A model generated the notes under the pieces. The model made no database searches and was not told where the DNA came from. It saw only the letters and a program-made list of their open reading frames with translations. The position numbers and the translations under genes were made by a program. DNA of 54,622 nucleotides, counting the filler, from Sphacelaria rigidula (Eukaryota), in the NCBI GenBank assembly GCA_964200075.2. It is 5 parts of 5 records of this genome, joined end to end, with 100 filler letters (N's around TTAATTAATTAA, not from the genome) between each part and the next. Parts side by side here need not be neighbours in the genome. Positions count along the whole stretch, not along the records: positions 1 to 10,845 come from CAXNAA020005810.1; positions 10,946 to 21,790 come from CAXNAA020005811.1; 3 more parts are not named here. One strand, written 5' to 3'. Below, piece by piece: positions 1-11,740 of the stretch (position 1 is its first letter; the number at the start of each line of letters is the position of its first letter).

Positions 1-2193
1 AGAGATATGCCCCTTCAGCCCCATATTTTGTTTGAACCCCAAAATATAAAATCGGCTGTTATTTTGTACGTTGAACGGTATCGAATGCGAGAGAAGAATC
101 GTCACGATGGCTTTAGAATTAGAAGTTCTTTGACGTTCAAGATTTCTTTGCCGGTTTGGAGTCAGGAGACTTGTTTGGGGCATCGGTTTGAGAATTGGGC
201 GTCAGCTATCGCTCCGTGACTCGGAGCTGTGCAAGTAGCATGATCGCGTGTTTATGATGGACGTTTTGGATCCCTTGCGAGTTGTTCGGAAATTGAACAA
301 GCTTGCATGGCTGTTATCGTATACTGTGGTAGGGATTGCCACTCTATGTGAAAATTGACGGTAGACTTCGGCAACAATGATGTCTGAGTTTATCAAGCTC
401 TAGGTTGGCTACTTGTTGGTGGTAAGCGAGCCTTGGGAGTGTTGTAGACTCCGGGCAACATTGTTACCTGGATTCGGTACATGACTGAAGTGAAGAAAAT
501 GCATAGCAGGCGTTTATAGGCTGGTTGATGGATAACGGGTCTAAGAATATGATCGGTGGACTCCGTGATGTATGATGTATGCAATACGAGGTGAGTCGGT
601 CACGTCTGCTTAACTAAGACATGCTGTTTGTGTAACTGTTTGAGTCTTGAAGTCTCTGGAGCCCGTGACAGGGAGAAAGCTTCTGGAGCAGCACTGTGAC
701 CTTGTTCTGATTTCAGACAAGTCTATAGTCCACACTGCTGTGCTGTACAGCTTGAGCTGGTGTTTACGGTGAGACACCGGTATGGACCTCACGATTTTAT
801 ACGTGAAGGTTTTGAAACCCCGTAGTCCCGAGTATGCCATATCAATACCGAAACACTTTTTCGATTAAACACGCAAACCATTCTGATCGTCACGGTATAT
901 TCTGCACGGTGATGACGATATGACGATCACAACAATAAGCACGGTTTAGTGCTGTACTGAACTGTAAGATACCGTGCAGGACAGTACCATAGCGTGCTTA
1001 TATACGTGCGGTGCAATATTCTGCAGAGTTCACGCGGCACATGCGCTACGTATGGCTAAATAAAGTGGATACCTGTAACTTTGGGTACATGGGGGTGTTA
1101 TGTACCGTCAGCTACTGTAGACGTCACGACGCCCGCTCTTGCAGCATGCGCACAAGTGCAGTCAGTAGGACGTGAAAGGGAAGCGGGAAAAGTACAGTAC
1201 AGATAGCACATGACAAAATATTTGTATGTTTTCTGCTCCAAGTGCGACGTGAAAAGGACTTGAACAGTGTGCGCAGCTTGGTCTGCCTGCACTGTTGTCC
1301 ATAACTGCGTATGCAAGAAGCCGCCGGTTATTGCCCGCACCCTACCACGCTCAGTTCCGTCGCCGCGATCTCCACCATGACAGAAAATGCTCAAGTTTAA
1401 ATTTCCACCAACAAGACATACATCATACCCAACTACGGCAGTGCGTGTCTATGTCCCTGTGCCCAACTCGTGCTCTTTGCTGCAGGGTTGTGGTTGTCGC
1501 TGCGGGAATAAGTGGTATGGGGTTTGCATGGTACAATCTGTGAAGACCGGGTGACACATATATCTGGCGTGATGATCCATACCACAGAATTATTGCTGGG
1601 GTCCCAAAGGTGCCCTGGAAGCAGTTAGCCTACTTCTCATGTAAAACAAAATGAAACTTGTTGAAAAGAGCGTTTTTGGCCCTTCTCCGTCGTTTCCCCC
1701 CCGAAAAGAGGGCTAGGCGAATGTTGACACTTTTGAATTACTTGCTCTACTCACTGAGGTCGTTCCAGAGCACCTTTGTGTTTTCCGTAGGTCACGGTTC
1801 CGTTTTTGGCCAAACTTTCATTTTCAATAACGAACGGTCAACTGACGAAAATAATGTTAGTTTTCCCCCTGATGTTGAGAACTTGACCGTTTGTTATTAG
1901 GGTGCAAGTTTGGCCCAAATCGAAAATGTGACCTATACGGGAAACGCAAAGGCGCTCTGATGGAACGGTCTTCGCGAGTAAAGCAAGCTATATCAAGGTG
2001 TCAACATCCGTCTGACCCTCTTTTCGGGGGAAAAACGACGGCATTTTTTCCCATATACATAATAAGAAGTAGCCTCAGGACACAAGTGAACAAGTGTAAA
2101 TTGACACGTTGGAGGATACTGCACGGCTATGTCCTTCGGAGTCGCAGCAAGTGCCCTAGAGACCATACGTAGTCGGTCCTTCCTCCAGCGGAG

Positions 2194-2250
2194 TGATGAT
2201 CATATTTCCCTCTGATGCTCATATTTCTCTCTGATGTTCATATTTCCCTC
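2194..2250. repeat. 19-bp tandem repeat x3
   Basis: TGATGATCATATTTCCCTC / TGATGCTCATATTTCTCTC / TGATGTTCATATTTCCCTC. Confidence 0.9.
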
Positions 2251-3357
2251 TAGGGGAAGTTTATAAAAACCACGTGCTCCAAAGCACCATATTTTTGGTA
2301 CTCTGGAGGGATTCAGACCTCAGGTGTCACTGGAGCGTTAGATGCCCTCCAGAGGATTCGTTTTATGACCGAGACTTAGTATGAAATACCCTCTATCGCG
2401 ATTTTTATCCTTCGGAGGGTCACTTTACCCTCGAAAGGGTGGAAATCGCGATAGAGGATTTTCAAACACGAGCCGACGAATGGCCACGTGTGCATTGTGT
2501 GAAGCCGAGCGTATGTTTGGTGTCATGAAGACGCATATTAGCCTGGTGTCCTGCCGCTTCAGACCCGTTGTCGAGTCTGGCTATCTGCATTTCTGGCTAT
2601 TCGTATTTAGAGTATTCTAAGACCCAAGACTGCAGGTATGTTCAGATTTGGTCAGGTACGAGTGTGAATCTGTATATGGCAGAGACGAGGTTGGCTCGAG
2701 CGTGCCGTTGTGCGAGCGAGACCCACCTTCTCTCACTACCATCTTCTACCCTCTTCCAACAAAGAAGTCCAACATCGGTGAGACTGATTGACTGAGTGTG
2801 AGATTGGGTTGATTGATTGGATACTGGAAGGTAGAGACCAGATAATAAAGAAGAGAATACTGCGCGTGAGACCATCTTACCCCGACACACTGTGTGAGGG
2901 GCTGGTGCTGGACCGTACGATCTGTCGATTGTCCACTTTGCCTTGTAAGACTGTGCTTGCTATAACAGCGTCGCAACCTCATTACATTGGCGTTTGACTA
3001 AGGAGCTTCTTCTTTTGGCAACTGCGTTTCCCTTCTAGACACCGATTGCATCCCTGTTTGTCGAGCTGCGTGCGCGTAGCTTTTGCTGCATTCTTTCATC
3101 TTGTGGATTTTGCATTTTGGTAGCCGAACCTACCTAGACAGCTTGCGAGATAGTCAGTTGTTATCTACTGCGAAGCTTTCAACCTGTCCGCTACACCGTA
3201 CATAGTACTCGTGACTTGCAGCTTTTGCTGCTTGCTGCTTGCTCTACTTGCTGCTTGCTGCAGCGTTTGACTGCACGCCTTGGGCACGGTGGATCCACTC
3301 GCATTGTCGCACCAACCCTGCCTTGTCGTGTTGCTCTGTATCTAAAGATACAATATG

Positions 3358-4795
3358 TAATGTATATTGCCCGCTCAAGATATCGACGCGTTGGGTGGTC
3401 AATATATATCGGGCGACCAATATGATGACACGAGAGAGGGTATATATATATATATATTGCCATCAATATGTCAAGGTTCGCGACATGCAATATATATTGA
3501 CCGAACAATATATCACGACACGCGCCACCTCAATATATATCGGCCGAGGAATATGTTGGTGCGAGAAGGTACCAATATATATATATATATATTTGTTGAG
3601 TAATATATTGGCTGCTACACGAGGTCAATATATATTGACGATTCAGTATACTCTACACCCGAAGCGCCACTATATATTGTCGCTCCAATATGTCGTGCGT
3701 CAATGCGTACAGTATGTATTGGGCGGACAATACACGAGGGAACCGACGGTCGCAATACATGTTGGTGTAGCAAAATATATTGATTTTCAACATATATATA
3801 TATTGGAAAGTGTACTGGAATTAGTTTGGTGGACAGTTCTTTGTTCGCGGGCGCCATTCAAAGACGTATTTTACATGCCGAAAATGCTCAATGCATTCCT
3901 CCGCAAGGGTGTTCAATATAATATATTGGCTGCACAATAGCTATCCAATCAACGTGCGCAATATATATTGGAAACACACTACTTCTGCATGGTTCGCTTT
4001 CAATATATATTATGGTAACAATATGCTACGCATCGCCTCGACTCAATACATATTGACACTTCAATACACACAGCCGGCATGCACAATATTTATTGAATGT
4101 TTCATTATCGGATCAACTGCATGTCCAATATATATTGACATACGTTACTTCATGATCATGACACGAGCAATATATGTTGTTGCTTCAATATCTCCGAGGA
4201 CATCTCATCACAATATATATTGGAAGGACAATATTTGCGCTGGCTCCGATACTGAGTATTGGTATCATATTGGAACATATTACATTGTCCAGGGTATAAG
4301 GAACACAGCCCTGGTGACCACAGGGGTACCAAAAGGCGCATATCGTCCCGCGTTCTCTGTCGTCGTGATGTTGAGCCAAGATATTCATATTACATGCTGG
4401 AAAGGAAATGGTCGGCCCCGTACCGGTGGCCAGATAGGTATCAATAGGCATATATACCGGGTCACCTCTTATATCACCATATTTTCTGACCAGTATACAT
4501 GTATATATACATCAAACGCATTCGACAACTTTCCGGAGTAATGCACGCGAACTTCTGCGGCTCCCTTTGAAGCTTTTCCCAATCTACACGGACTCCGGCA
4601 CCCCTCGCGTCTGGATCTTTCTCAAAGCGTACACCATACCTATAACATCCAATATATATTGACCGGCCAATACATTGGCACCCACGAAGACCCAGGGTAT
4701 GTTGATCGGTCGATATGTTCTCAACAACGCGACTCTAATATATATTGGTCGTGCAATATGCTGTCGCCCGCGCTACCCCAAAATATATAATTAGG
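3358..4795. repeat. Repeat-spacer array, unit CAATATATATTG-N6-CAATAT-N(16-19), ~42-nt period, ~22 units in three blocks
   Basis: 12-mer palindrome or close variants at 3358, 3400, 3488, 3531, 3573, 3626, 3668, 3710, 3753; 3959, 4001, 4044, 4084, 4126, 4168, 4211; 4650, 4693, 4736. Most are followed 6 nt later by a CAATAT-like hexamer. The intervening sequences differ from unit to unit. Confidence 0.9.
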
Positions 4796-5163
4796 ACACT
4801 ATTTAAGGAGGATGTATCAAAGGGGGGACAGATTAAGGAAGAGGCTGTCCCAAGAGATGTCGTCCTGATGCCGAGGGAACTCCGAAGCTGACGATGATTT
4901 CCTCTTGTGAGATGTAGGCAAGAAGTGGGTCAGACACAGAGTGGTCGCTGGAGGCGACCGGGTTCCTCGGGGGATGTTGGACTGTCCTGAATATTGGGCT
5001 CTTCCTGGCATCACCCCGAGTTGTCTAGTTTCCTTGGCATTTCAGGGTCCTCGGGGAATCTGGTCCTTCCGGAACGTTCCTACCTCGTTTCTGCTTGCAC
5101 TGGGTCTGTATACATGTGTAACATCAGTTTCTGATATGTCACTGCAAAGGGATATCTCCCACA

Positions 5164-5177
5164 TTTCCCCCCCCCTT
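5164..5177 (-). promoter_or_regulatory. Polypurine tract immediately before the 3' LTR (LTR starts TGTGGGAGAT at 5163, reading leftwards)
   Basis: The - strand reads AAGGGGGGGGGAAA-TGT, downstream of the integrase; this is a typical PPT/LTR junction. The far LTR boundary was not determined. Confidence 0.75.
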
Positions 5178-5929
5178 ATGCGCCGGAAGCCTATCGAGGC
5201 TATGGCTGATGGGACGAGGCGATCATCAGCTTCGTTGATGATATAACCATGGCAATATCCATGAGTGACTATCATTGATTACGTCACGCCACCACTACTT
5301 CGCAAAGGCAGCCCTTCTCTATACTATGGTATTGAGCAAACACCTCCAGTAAATTTTAGCTACCTGAGGTCTGTAACAGTGCATGTATTGCAAACCCTGT
5401 TTATTTTGGTTTTCTGTCATGTAGTTGTCATATGTGACATGTTTCTACCAGATGTATTTGCACTTAGGTGCTGGTTGCCTCTGTTGGTCTACATGACTGG
5501 GCACTGGGACACTGATCGATCCACGGGCGCCTGGGTTATTCACGCCCGGGTACTGGGACACCTTCGGTTCCCCTGACACCTGCGTGGGACTACGTCCTTG
5601 CGTTAGTACCAAAGCGGTGGATACGATGTTTTCGGTCTGTGAGAATTGTGCTTTTGTCTAAACATCGCAAAATGACCCTTACTTCCTGTCAGCAACTACC
5701 CTCATTGCTGAGAGGTGATCTTCCTTGGGAAGTTTCACCTCCGACACCGCTGACATGTCAGATCTCGTTCTGTTCATGTCCGTATTGTTCTAACGTTGTT
5801 GACTCTCATTAATCTCCGAATTTTGACCCCAGGCTACTGTTCAACCCTTGAGCGTGTTGCGAAGGCGCTCGCACAGTCTGTTGAGCAGTCACGTCCGTTT
5901 CCGTTTCCCTGTAGTCTTGAATTTCAAGT

Positions 5930-7536
5930 CCGGATGTGAGCGTTCAGCTAACCCGTTGTCATGACGGTACTTATCAATGAGATGTCTGCATTGCGGTATT
6001 TCATCCGCACGGTAGGTCACGTCAGCCGCTGGCCGTAACCTTTGAGTCTCAACCGATATTTATAGTTATGGCTACTCCTCCAACCTGGGCCTGGCGCATA
6101 ACCTACCACTTTTTCGACGGTGTAGCGTTCTATTGCGGGCAATGTTCCGTCTGGTTGGTCTATCTCTGGTAGGGGTATCTGTCTACCCAAGAACAGCTCG
6201 CTCAACTTGTCAAAGTCTGGTGCTGGTGCGGTTTCTCGCGGGTGATATTTCTTCAGATGCGCGAGGTGTACCGATCTTTCCTTAGAGCCGTCGCCTATTT
6301 TGATTTTGTATACAACCGGCGATCGCCTCTCGGTTATCGTAAATGGACCTCTCCATGGTAACTGGAGTTTTGGATTCGGCCCTTCTGAGTCTCGAAATGG
6401 TCGATACAAGAGTACTTTTTGCCCCGGTTTGAACACTGGGAAAGATTTTAATTTGTTTCTGTTTTCTTGCTCGTTCGCCCTTTCTCGTAAGGCTTGTCTC
6501 GCGATTTCAAATCCAAGCTGTAGGTTTTCCCGTGTTTCCTTGGTAAATTCCTCGGGTGTCGCCGCTTGGCTCTCTTCTGGTGTGCCGAGAATCATGTCCA
6601 CTGGCAACCTGGGCTTTCTTCCAAACAACAGAAAATGCGGTGTCTCTTGTACTGTGTTATGATAAGAGGTGTTGTACGCCATTTGGACGAATGGAAGCAG
6701 GGATGCCCACTTTTTGTTTCCGATTGACATATGCATCGATAACTCATGTGCATAGTGGAGTGGACGCGTTCCGACACTGAGTTGCCTTGCGGACGTAGTG
6801 GGGTCGTACTTGCCTTATCGAAACCTAACTCTTGTTGCAGTGCGTATATGAATGTGTTCTCAACCTCGGCCCCTTGATCGCTGTGGAGCTTCATTGGGAT
6901 GCCAAATGTTGTAAAAACTCTGTCGATAAGGGTTTTGGCTATCGCCGTGGCTTGTGTATTCGGGACTGGAATGAGCAAAGCATACCTTGTGAGGTGGTCC
7001 ATTACTGTCAGTACGTATTTTCATAGTACTCCGGCGGTGGACATTGAAGCCGTTTTGTATTCAACCAGGTCAACCGACACTCGTTCATATGGCCTCTCTA
7101 CTGGAATGTGTCCCGTTGGCAATTTTTGCCGGCGGGGCGTCTTTTGGCGTTGCCAACTCTGACATTTTAAGCACCAATCCTTGATATCGCGGTTCATTGA
7201 TGGCCAATGATACTTCGGTCGGATTTTGTCGTATGTTCGCTTGAATCCTACGTGGTACGCATGTAGCACCAAGCCTATTAGGGTCTTAGGTAGCACAAGT
7301 TGGTCACAAACTGTGCTTCGTTTTTTCAAGTGTCTCGGCAAGTAAGATTTGAATAAAATCCCGTCATGTGCTGAATAATGTGACATCAATGTGAGCGTTT
7401 CTTTTTCTGGTATCGGAGCATCTTTTCCCGTGATATATTCGATGTAGGGACCGTACTCTAGTGCTTGCTCTTCTCGCATCTTTTTGCGGTTGATTGACGT
7501 GAAGACGTTCGCTGCGCTTACGTGTACTGATTTCAC
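5930..7536 (-). pseudogene. Gypsy integrase (zinc finger, DDE core, GPF motif) + C-terminal chromodomain-like region
   Basis: HAYH..YHWPSM..WCLKCQS; VSVDLV, DHLTRY, LHSDQG, GNSVSERVH; WASLLPFVQMAYNT; WRGPF; YTVEKVV...YRLRLKGY, then after a 1-nt frameshift at ~6030 PAADVTYRADEIPQCRHLIDKY. Confidence 0.93.
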
Positions 7537-7699
7537 GGTGAAAACTCTCGATCACTTTGCACCCGTTTCAAATTGTCGAGCTTTTCAGCTGAAATCTGGA
7601 ACTGATGTTGTGGCTTAGCTATCTGTAACTCAGGGTTTTCTGGGACGTTACGGCATATCGGCGCAAGCAACGGCTTGATTTCTGCTTCCTGTCGCTTTT

Positions 7700-8420
7700 C
7701 AAACGCAAATAGCCGTGAGAGGGTGTCCGGTATAACATGAAGCTTCCCCGGTTTATGTTTGACCGTAAAATCATACGATTACAATGCGATCGCCCATCGG
7801 GTCAACATATTACTTGTATCCTGCATCGCATACAAATATCGAAGAGCGGCATGGTCTGTTACACACGTAAAGTGACGTCCCCAGAGAAAAGCTCTGAAAT
7901 GTTGAATCGCTAGTACGACCGCGTGACATTCTTTCATGGTGGGCGAATAGCGGGCCTGGGCGTCGTTGAAACGTTGACTGAAGTATGCTACGATTGCCTC
8001 GTCTTCGCCTTTCCTTTGGGAGACGTAGGCCCCGGACCCACGGTCTGAAGCATCAACGTTTATGATGAAGTCTTTCGTGAAATCTGGAAAATGAAGGACG
8101 GGTGCCTCAGTCATCAATTTTTTAATTTTCTCGATGGCTTCATCATGTTCAGTATTCCAGAGTTTCGACACTTGTTTTGCCGCCCCTTTTTTTGTGAGAT
8201 CTACCAGTGGTGCTATGGTTGTAGCCAAGTCTAGTATGAATTTCCGTACGAAATTTATTGTACCCAGTACTGATCTCAGCTCTTTGATATTTGTGGGTTT
8301 CGGCAAGTCGAGGATAGTTTTTATTCTTTCATCACTCACTCTGATGCCATCTGCGGACAGTACATGACCCAAATATTTGACTTGCTTCGGACCAAATTGG
8401 ATTTTTGTCGGTTTAGTGTA
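7700..8420 (-). pseudogene. Gypsy pol: RT thumb/connection + RNase H
   Basis: VKYLGHVLS, ELRSVLG, APVLHFPDF, NVDASDRG, MKECHAV, TDHAAL, LTRWAIAL, followed after a break by KHKPGKLHVIPDTLSR. Confidence 0.95.
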
Positions 8421-10315
8421 AGACCTGCTGTTTGCAGTGCTTGCAACGTGCTTTTTAGTAGGGTGAGATGACTCTCCCAGCTTGATGAACAACAAATTAT
8501 GTCATCCACATATATTAGTAAGCCACTCTTAGATCCGAAGTGTGCAAATGCTAGTGCCATTATGCGTGATAAGATAAAGGGTGAACAAGCTAAACCAAAT
8601 GACAGCTGGTTGAACACCCATTTCCCTCTCTGAGTTACAAACGCTGTTTTCTCTTTTTCGCTTTCCGCTACTGGTATCTGGTGGAACGCACTTTGTACAT
8701 CGCAAACTGTTATGAATTTCGCCCCCGCTGCTGTATCTATGTGACTTTCGATAGCTGGCATGGGCCATGATTTGCGAATCAAGTTTTTAGTTATCGTTGC
8801 TCGATAATCTGCGCAAAATCGTGCGGTTCCATCTGCTTTTGCGACTATTGTAACTGCTGATCCCCGCGGGCTTGGGCGTTGTTCTACTATACCATGTTTT
8901 TCCATTTGGTCGACGCATTTATCGATTGCACCTTGCACTCTGGGGTTTGCTCTGTATGGTGCTCGGTCTACCGGCTGAGTCCCAGGTTTGAGCGGGAAAC
9001 GTGCTTCATCCAACGTACAACAGCCCAAATCCTGCGGATGAAGTGAAAACACAGAACGGTTTTTCGCGCAAAGACCCAGTATTTGAGAGCATTGTTCCGG
9101 GGAAAAAGTCAGATTTTCGAAAGCTTTGCGTAAAGCCGGACGTAATTCCTCTTCCGCATTTTTTCTCTCTGACACCTTATTTCCCGCCATTGCACTGACT
9201 GTAGCTGGTTTTGTTTCTCGTACTGGGGTGATATAGCCTAAAATCGTATTTCGTTTCAGGTTCACATGTCGATTCGACGGATTCGTGATTTGTACCATGG
9301 CCGTCTTATTTGTTGCCGACCATGTGCACACCATCCTTGCAACGATGATGCGCGTGATTGCTTGGGGTACATCCGTTGATCGAATGTCTTCTTCGGTTAT
9401 AATGCGTTGCTCTTCGACGGCTGCTGTTGTTCTTGACGGGGTATTTCCCGTTTCAACTAATACGGCCATCTCACTCTGCGGGGGCACGTTGCATTTCTTC
9501 GTGAGAAAAACTGGAACAGCGTTAGAACAGTTCACACTGACTACAGAACAATGTGTCGTTCCGGGGTGTGTTGTATTTTGTGAACGCCGTTGTTTTCGGT
9601 GCGATGCTTTGACTTTTACCCTGGAATCGTGGAATGTTAGCTCTTCCGCTTGCCAGTCGAGTATAGCTTGGAAAGCACTCATAACGGAATTGTCCAGTAA
9701 AAGGCAATCCGGTCCTAGGATAGGTAATACGAACGCTTCTACTGGTAGGATTTTTATCCCTAACGTAAGTTCAAAACGTATGAAACCTAGAATTTTCATG
9801 GGTGAGCCGTCGGCACTCCTGAGGTCTATCGAACCTGGCGGTACTGGTTTTATATCAGCTGCCATTATGGCCGGGTGTTCATCGATGAACGTTTTGCTGA
9901 TACAGGGCACGTCTGCTGCGGAATCGATTGTGATTTTTTCAGCGGGAGTGCCGTTTACTCTGGCTGTGACTCTCACACGGGCTGATGCGCAGGACAGTGC
10001 TAAAGGTGCGACTGTATATCTGGCAAGCGAAGATGCGTTGTAAGAACCATAACAGTGATCATTTAGGATCGGGTTTGAAAACGAAGATTGGTGTTTCGGT
10101 TTTTTATTTTCCTGCAATGAGTTACTCACAAAAGCCGCCTGCGGAGCTAAAAATATACGTTGCGTCTGTTCTACGCATTCACTATTTGTACTCTGCTCTC
10201 TGCTGCTATACTCCTGCTCGTGCACATCCCGTACATGGTTGACCTCTACCCGAGACCTCTTACGCCTTCTACGTGGTTGGTCTGCCGTACTGTCAGAAAA
10301 ATGAAACTCTCCCAA
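8336..10315 (-). pseudogene. Gypsy pol: aspartic protease + reverse transcriptase (N-terminal part)
   Basis: Protease motif ITIDSAADVPCIS; RT motifs ARFCADYR, DVQSAFHQIPV, KTAFVT, LSFGL, IYVDD; frameshift near 8420 into the next ORF. Confidence 0.95.
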
Positions 10316-10426
10316 CTTACGAGCCAGAGGGTTGGCGATTTCGCGTCCTTTTGTTTCCCTCGATTTTCTGGGTAAGGATTTACCGTTTCTGCCCTGATCA
10401 GACGAGGGGTCTTCTCTTGGGCGCCT

Positions 10427-10720
10427 TCATGGGTTGTACTTTTTAGCAAACTCTACATGGCTCTGCATAAGGCGGCAATCCGCTGTCTCGTGTGTGTTTT
10501 TGTACCTGCATGGTGCGTACTCACAACGGACCAATTTTTTCGTTTTACCGCTCAACTGCTTGTCGTTGGATGTACTCTTATCGTTACTGTCTTTGAAGCG
10601 TACTTTTTTCAACTCTCCCCTGATCTGTTCGCGCTCCTGTCTCTGCTAGCAGACCGTTTCTCCGCTCTCCCTCTCTCTCCTTTGATCGCTTTTAACTGCG
10701 ACTGAAGATCCGTGAGGATT
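10427..10720 (-). pseudogene. Gypsy gag C-terminus with zinc-knuckle-like motif
   Basis: CEYAPCRYKNTHETADC (C-X4-C-X5-H-X4-C) directly upstream of pol; frame-disrupted. Confidence 0.65.
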
Positions 10721-10845
10721 GCGCCATGATCGGCCATCATTTCCGCTAGCTGTGGACGTGGGGAATTTACAGTTGCGGCCGAGACATGGGGAGTGTCTCC
10801 CGTTTGGTTTGGCCATGTGCGAAGATTGTTTTGTTCGTGTTTTTT

Positions 10846-10945
10846 NNNNNNNNNNNNNNNNNNNNNNNNNNNNNNNNNNNNNNNNNNNNTTAATTAATTA
10901 ANNNNNNNNNNNNNNNNNNNNNNNNNNNNNNNNNNNNNNNNNNNN
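10846..10945. other. Artificial contig-joining linker (N44-TTAATTAATTAA-N44)
   Basis: Exactly 100 nt; the TTAATTAATTAA core puts stop codons in all six frames; the same linker recurs every ~10,945 nt. Confidence 0.98.
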
Positions 10946-11419
10946 CGCGAACCCGTGGTCACAGACGTAGGCTCGCCTTCCCAATACCGTCCCTGCTATT
11001 CCTCACCACACATTACCAAAATAAAGAAAAAATAAGAAGAGCGACGCCACGAATCCGGTGAGAAGTAGCTCCTCCGAGTTCAACGGGGAGAGTTAGTAGA
11101 GAGAAGACGTCTATATTTCCGCATTATAGAAACGCTCTTGATGGGTAAACGATACTTGGCTCTTCTCTTCTCCCTTCCCGCCCAAGATACAACCGCGCGT
11201 TTTCCAATCCAGAGGAAAAAGCCTACCAACCGACCATGCTTCCTGCTTTACCTCACCCCCGATATATGAGGGCTGACATCGATTAGTCACGACAATGTAA
11301 AACATGCCACCCACTTCTTGAGCTAGGAAAATAAATTGCCGTTTTTTTCGCTTGCGTTTTTTTTTTTTGGCGGGGTGGAGAACCCAAACTCCGCTCAAAA
11401 GGGCATCATCGCACCAAGT

Positions 11420-11740
11420 AGTGGTTGGATGGTGAAACACCCACCAGACGGTGTGTAACCCGTGGCTGTCTCTGGAAGTGCCGATACCAGAAAATGAAGC
11501 AACTCATCGTAGGCTGTCATCCATATGCAACAATCAGTACACTTCGGGCCGAACAATCGTACACGGATGCAGCTCACCCTTCATGTGGCTCGCCGAGCAC
11601 AACATGGCAATTTGCGCTTGGAAATTAATTGCGAGCCTGGTCCGGCAAAAACCCGGTGCGCTCCGTTTCGGCTTTCAAGGAACGCGAGGTCAATGATGAT
11701 ATGACTACGGCGAGCAAGATGATGAATGCAACCCCCCCAA
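11420..11740 (+). repeat. Interspersed repeat, family A copy (SINE-like or unclassified)
   Basis: Reverse-complement homology to 38475-38800; translations GETPTRRCVTRGCLWKCRYQKMKQLIVGCHP vs GETPMRQCMSRGCLRERRYQILNHLIVGCHP. A shorter fragment lies at ~15095-15150. Confidence 0.85.

Larger units (their letters stand above)
5164..10845 (-). mobile_element. Ty3/Gypsy LTR retrotransposon with chromodomain, internal region, degenerate, 5'-truncated by contig end
   Basis: Domain order on - strand is gag, protease, RT, RNase H, integrase, chromodomain, then PPT; broken by several frameshifts and stops. Confidence 0.96.

Noticed and set aside
60-850. Coding-like strand bias suggesting a retroelement remnant (- strand)
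   Set aside because: No diagnostic motif recognised.
3239-4541. ORFs of 233 aa and 216 aa with QYIL/IYI repeats
   Set aside because: These are by-products of the 42-nt array. Unit lengths of 40 and 43 nt and TA expansions shift the frame, and there is no recognisable domain.
3358-4795. Bona fide prokaryotic CRISPR array
   Set aside because: The repeat is bipartite, short and degenerate, spacers are only ~18 nt, there are no cas genes, and the context is a eukaryotic retroelement. Reported as a repeat and as a finding instead.
10890-10901. Recurrent TTAATTAATTAA palindrome as a biological site
   Set aside because: It is always centred in 88 Ns and is an artificial linker.
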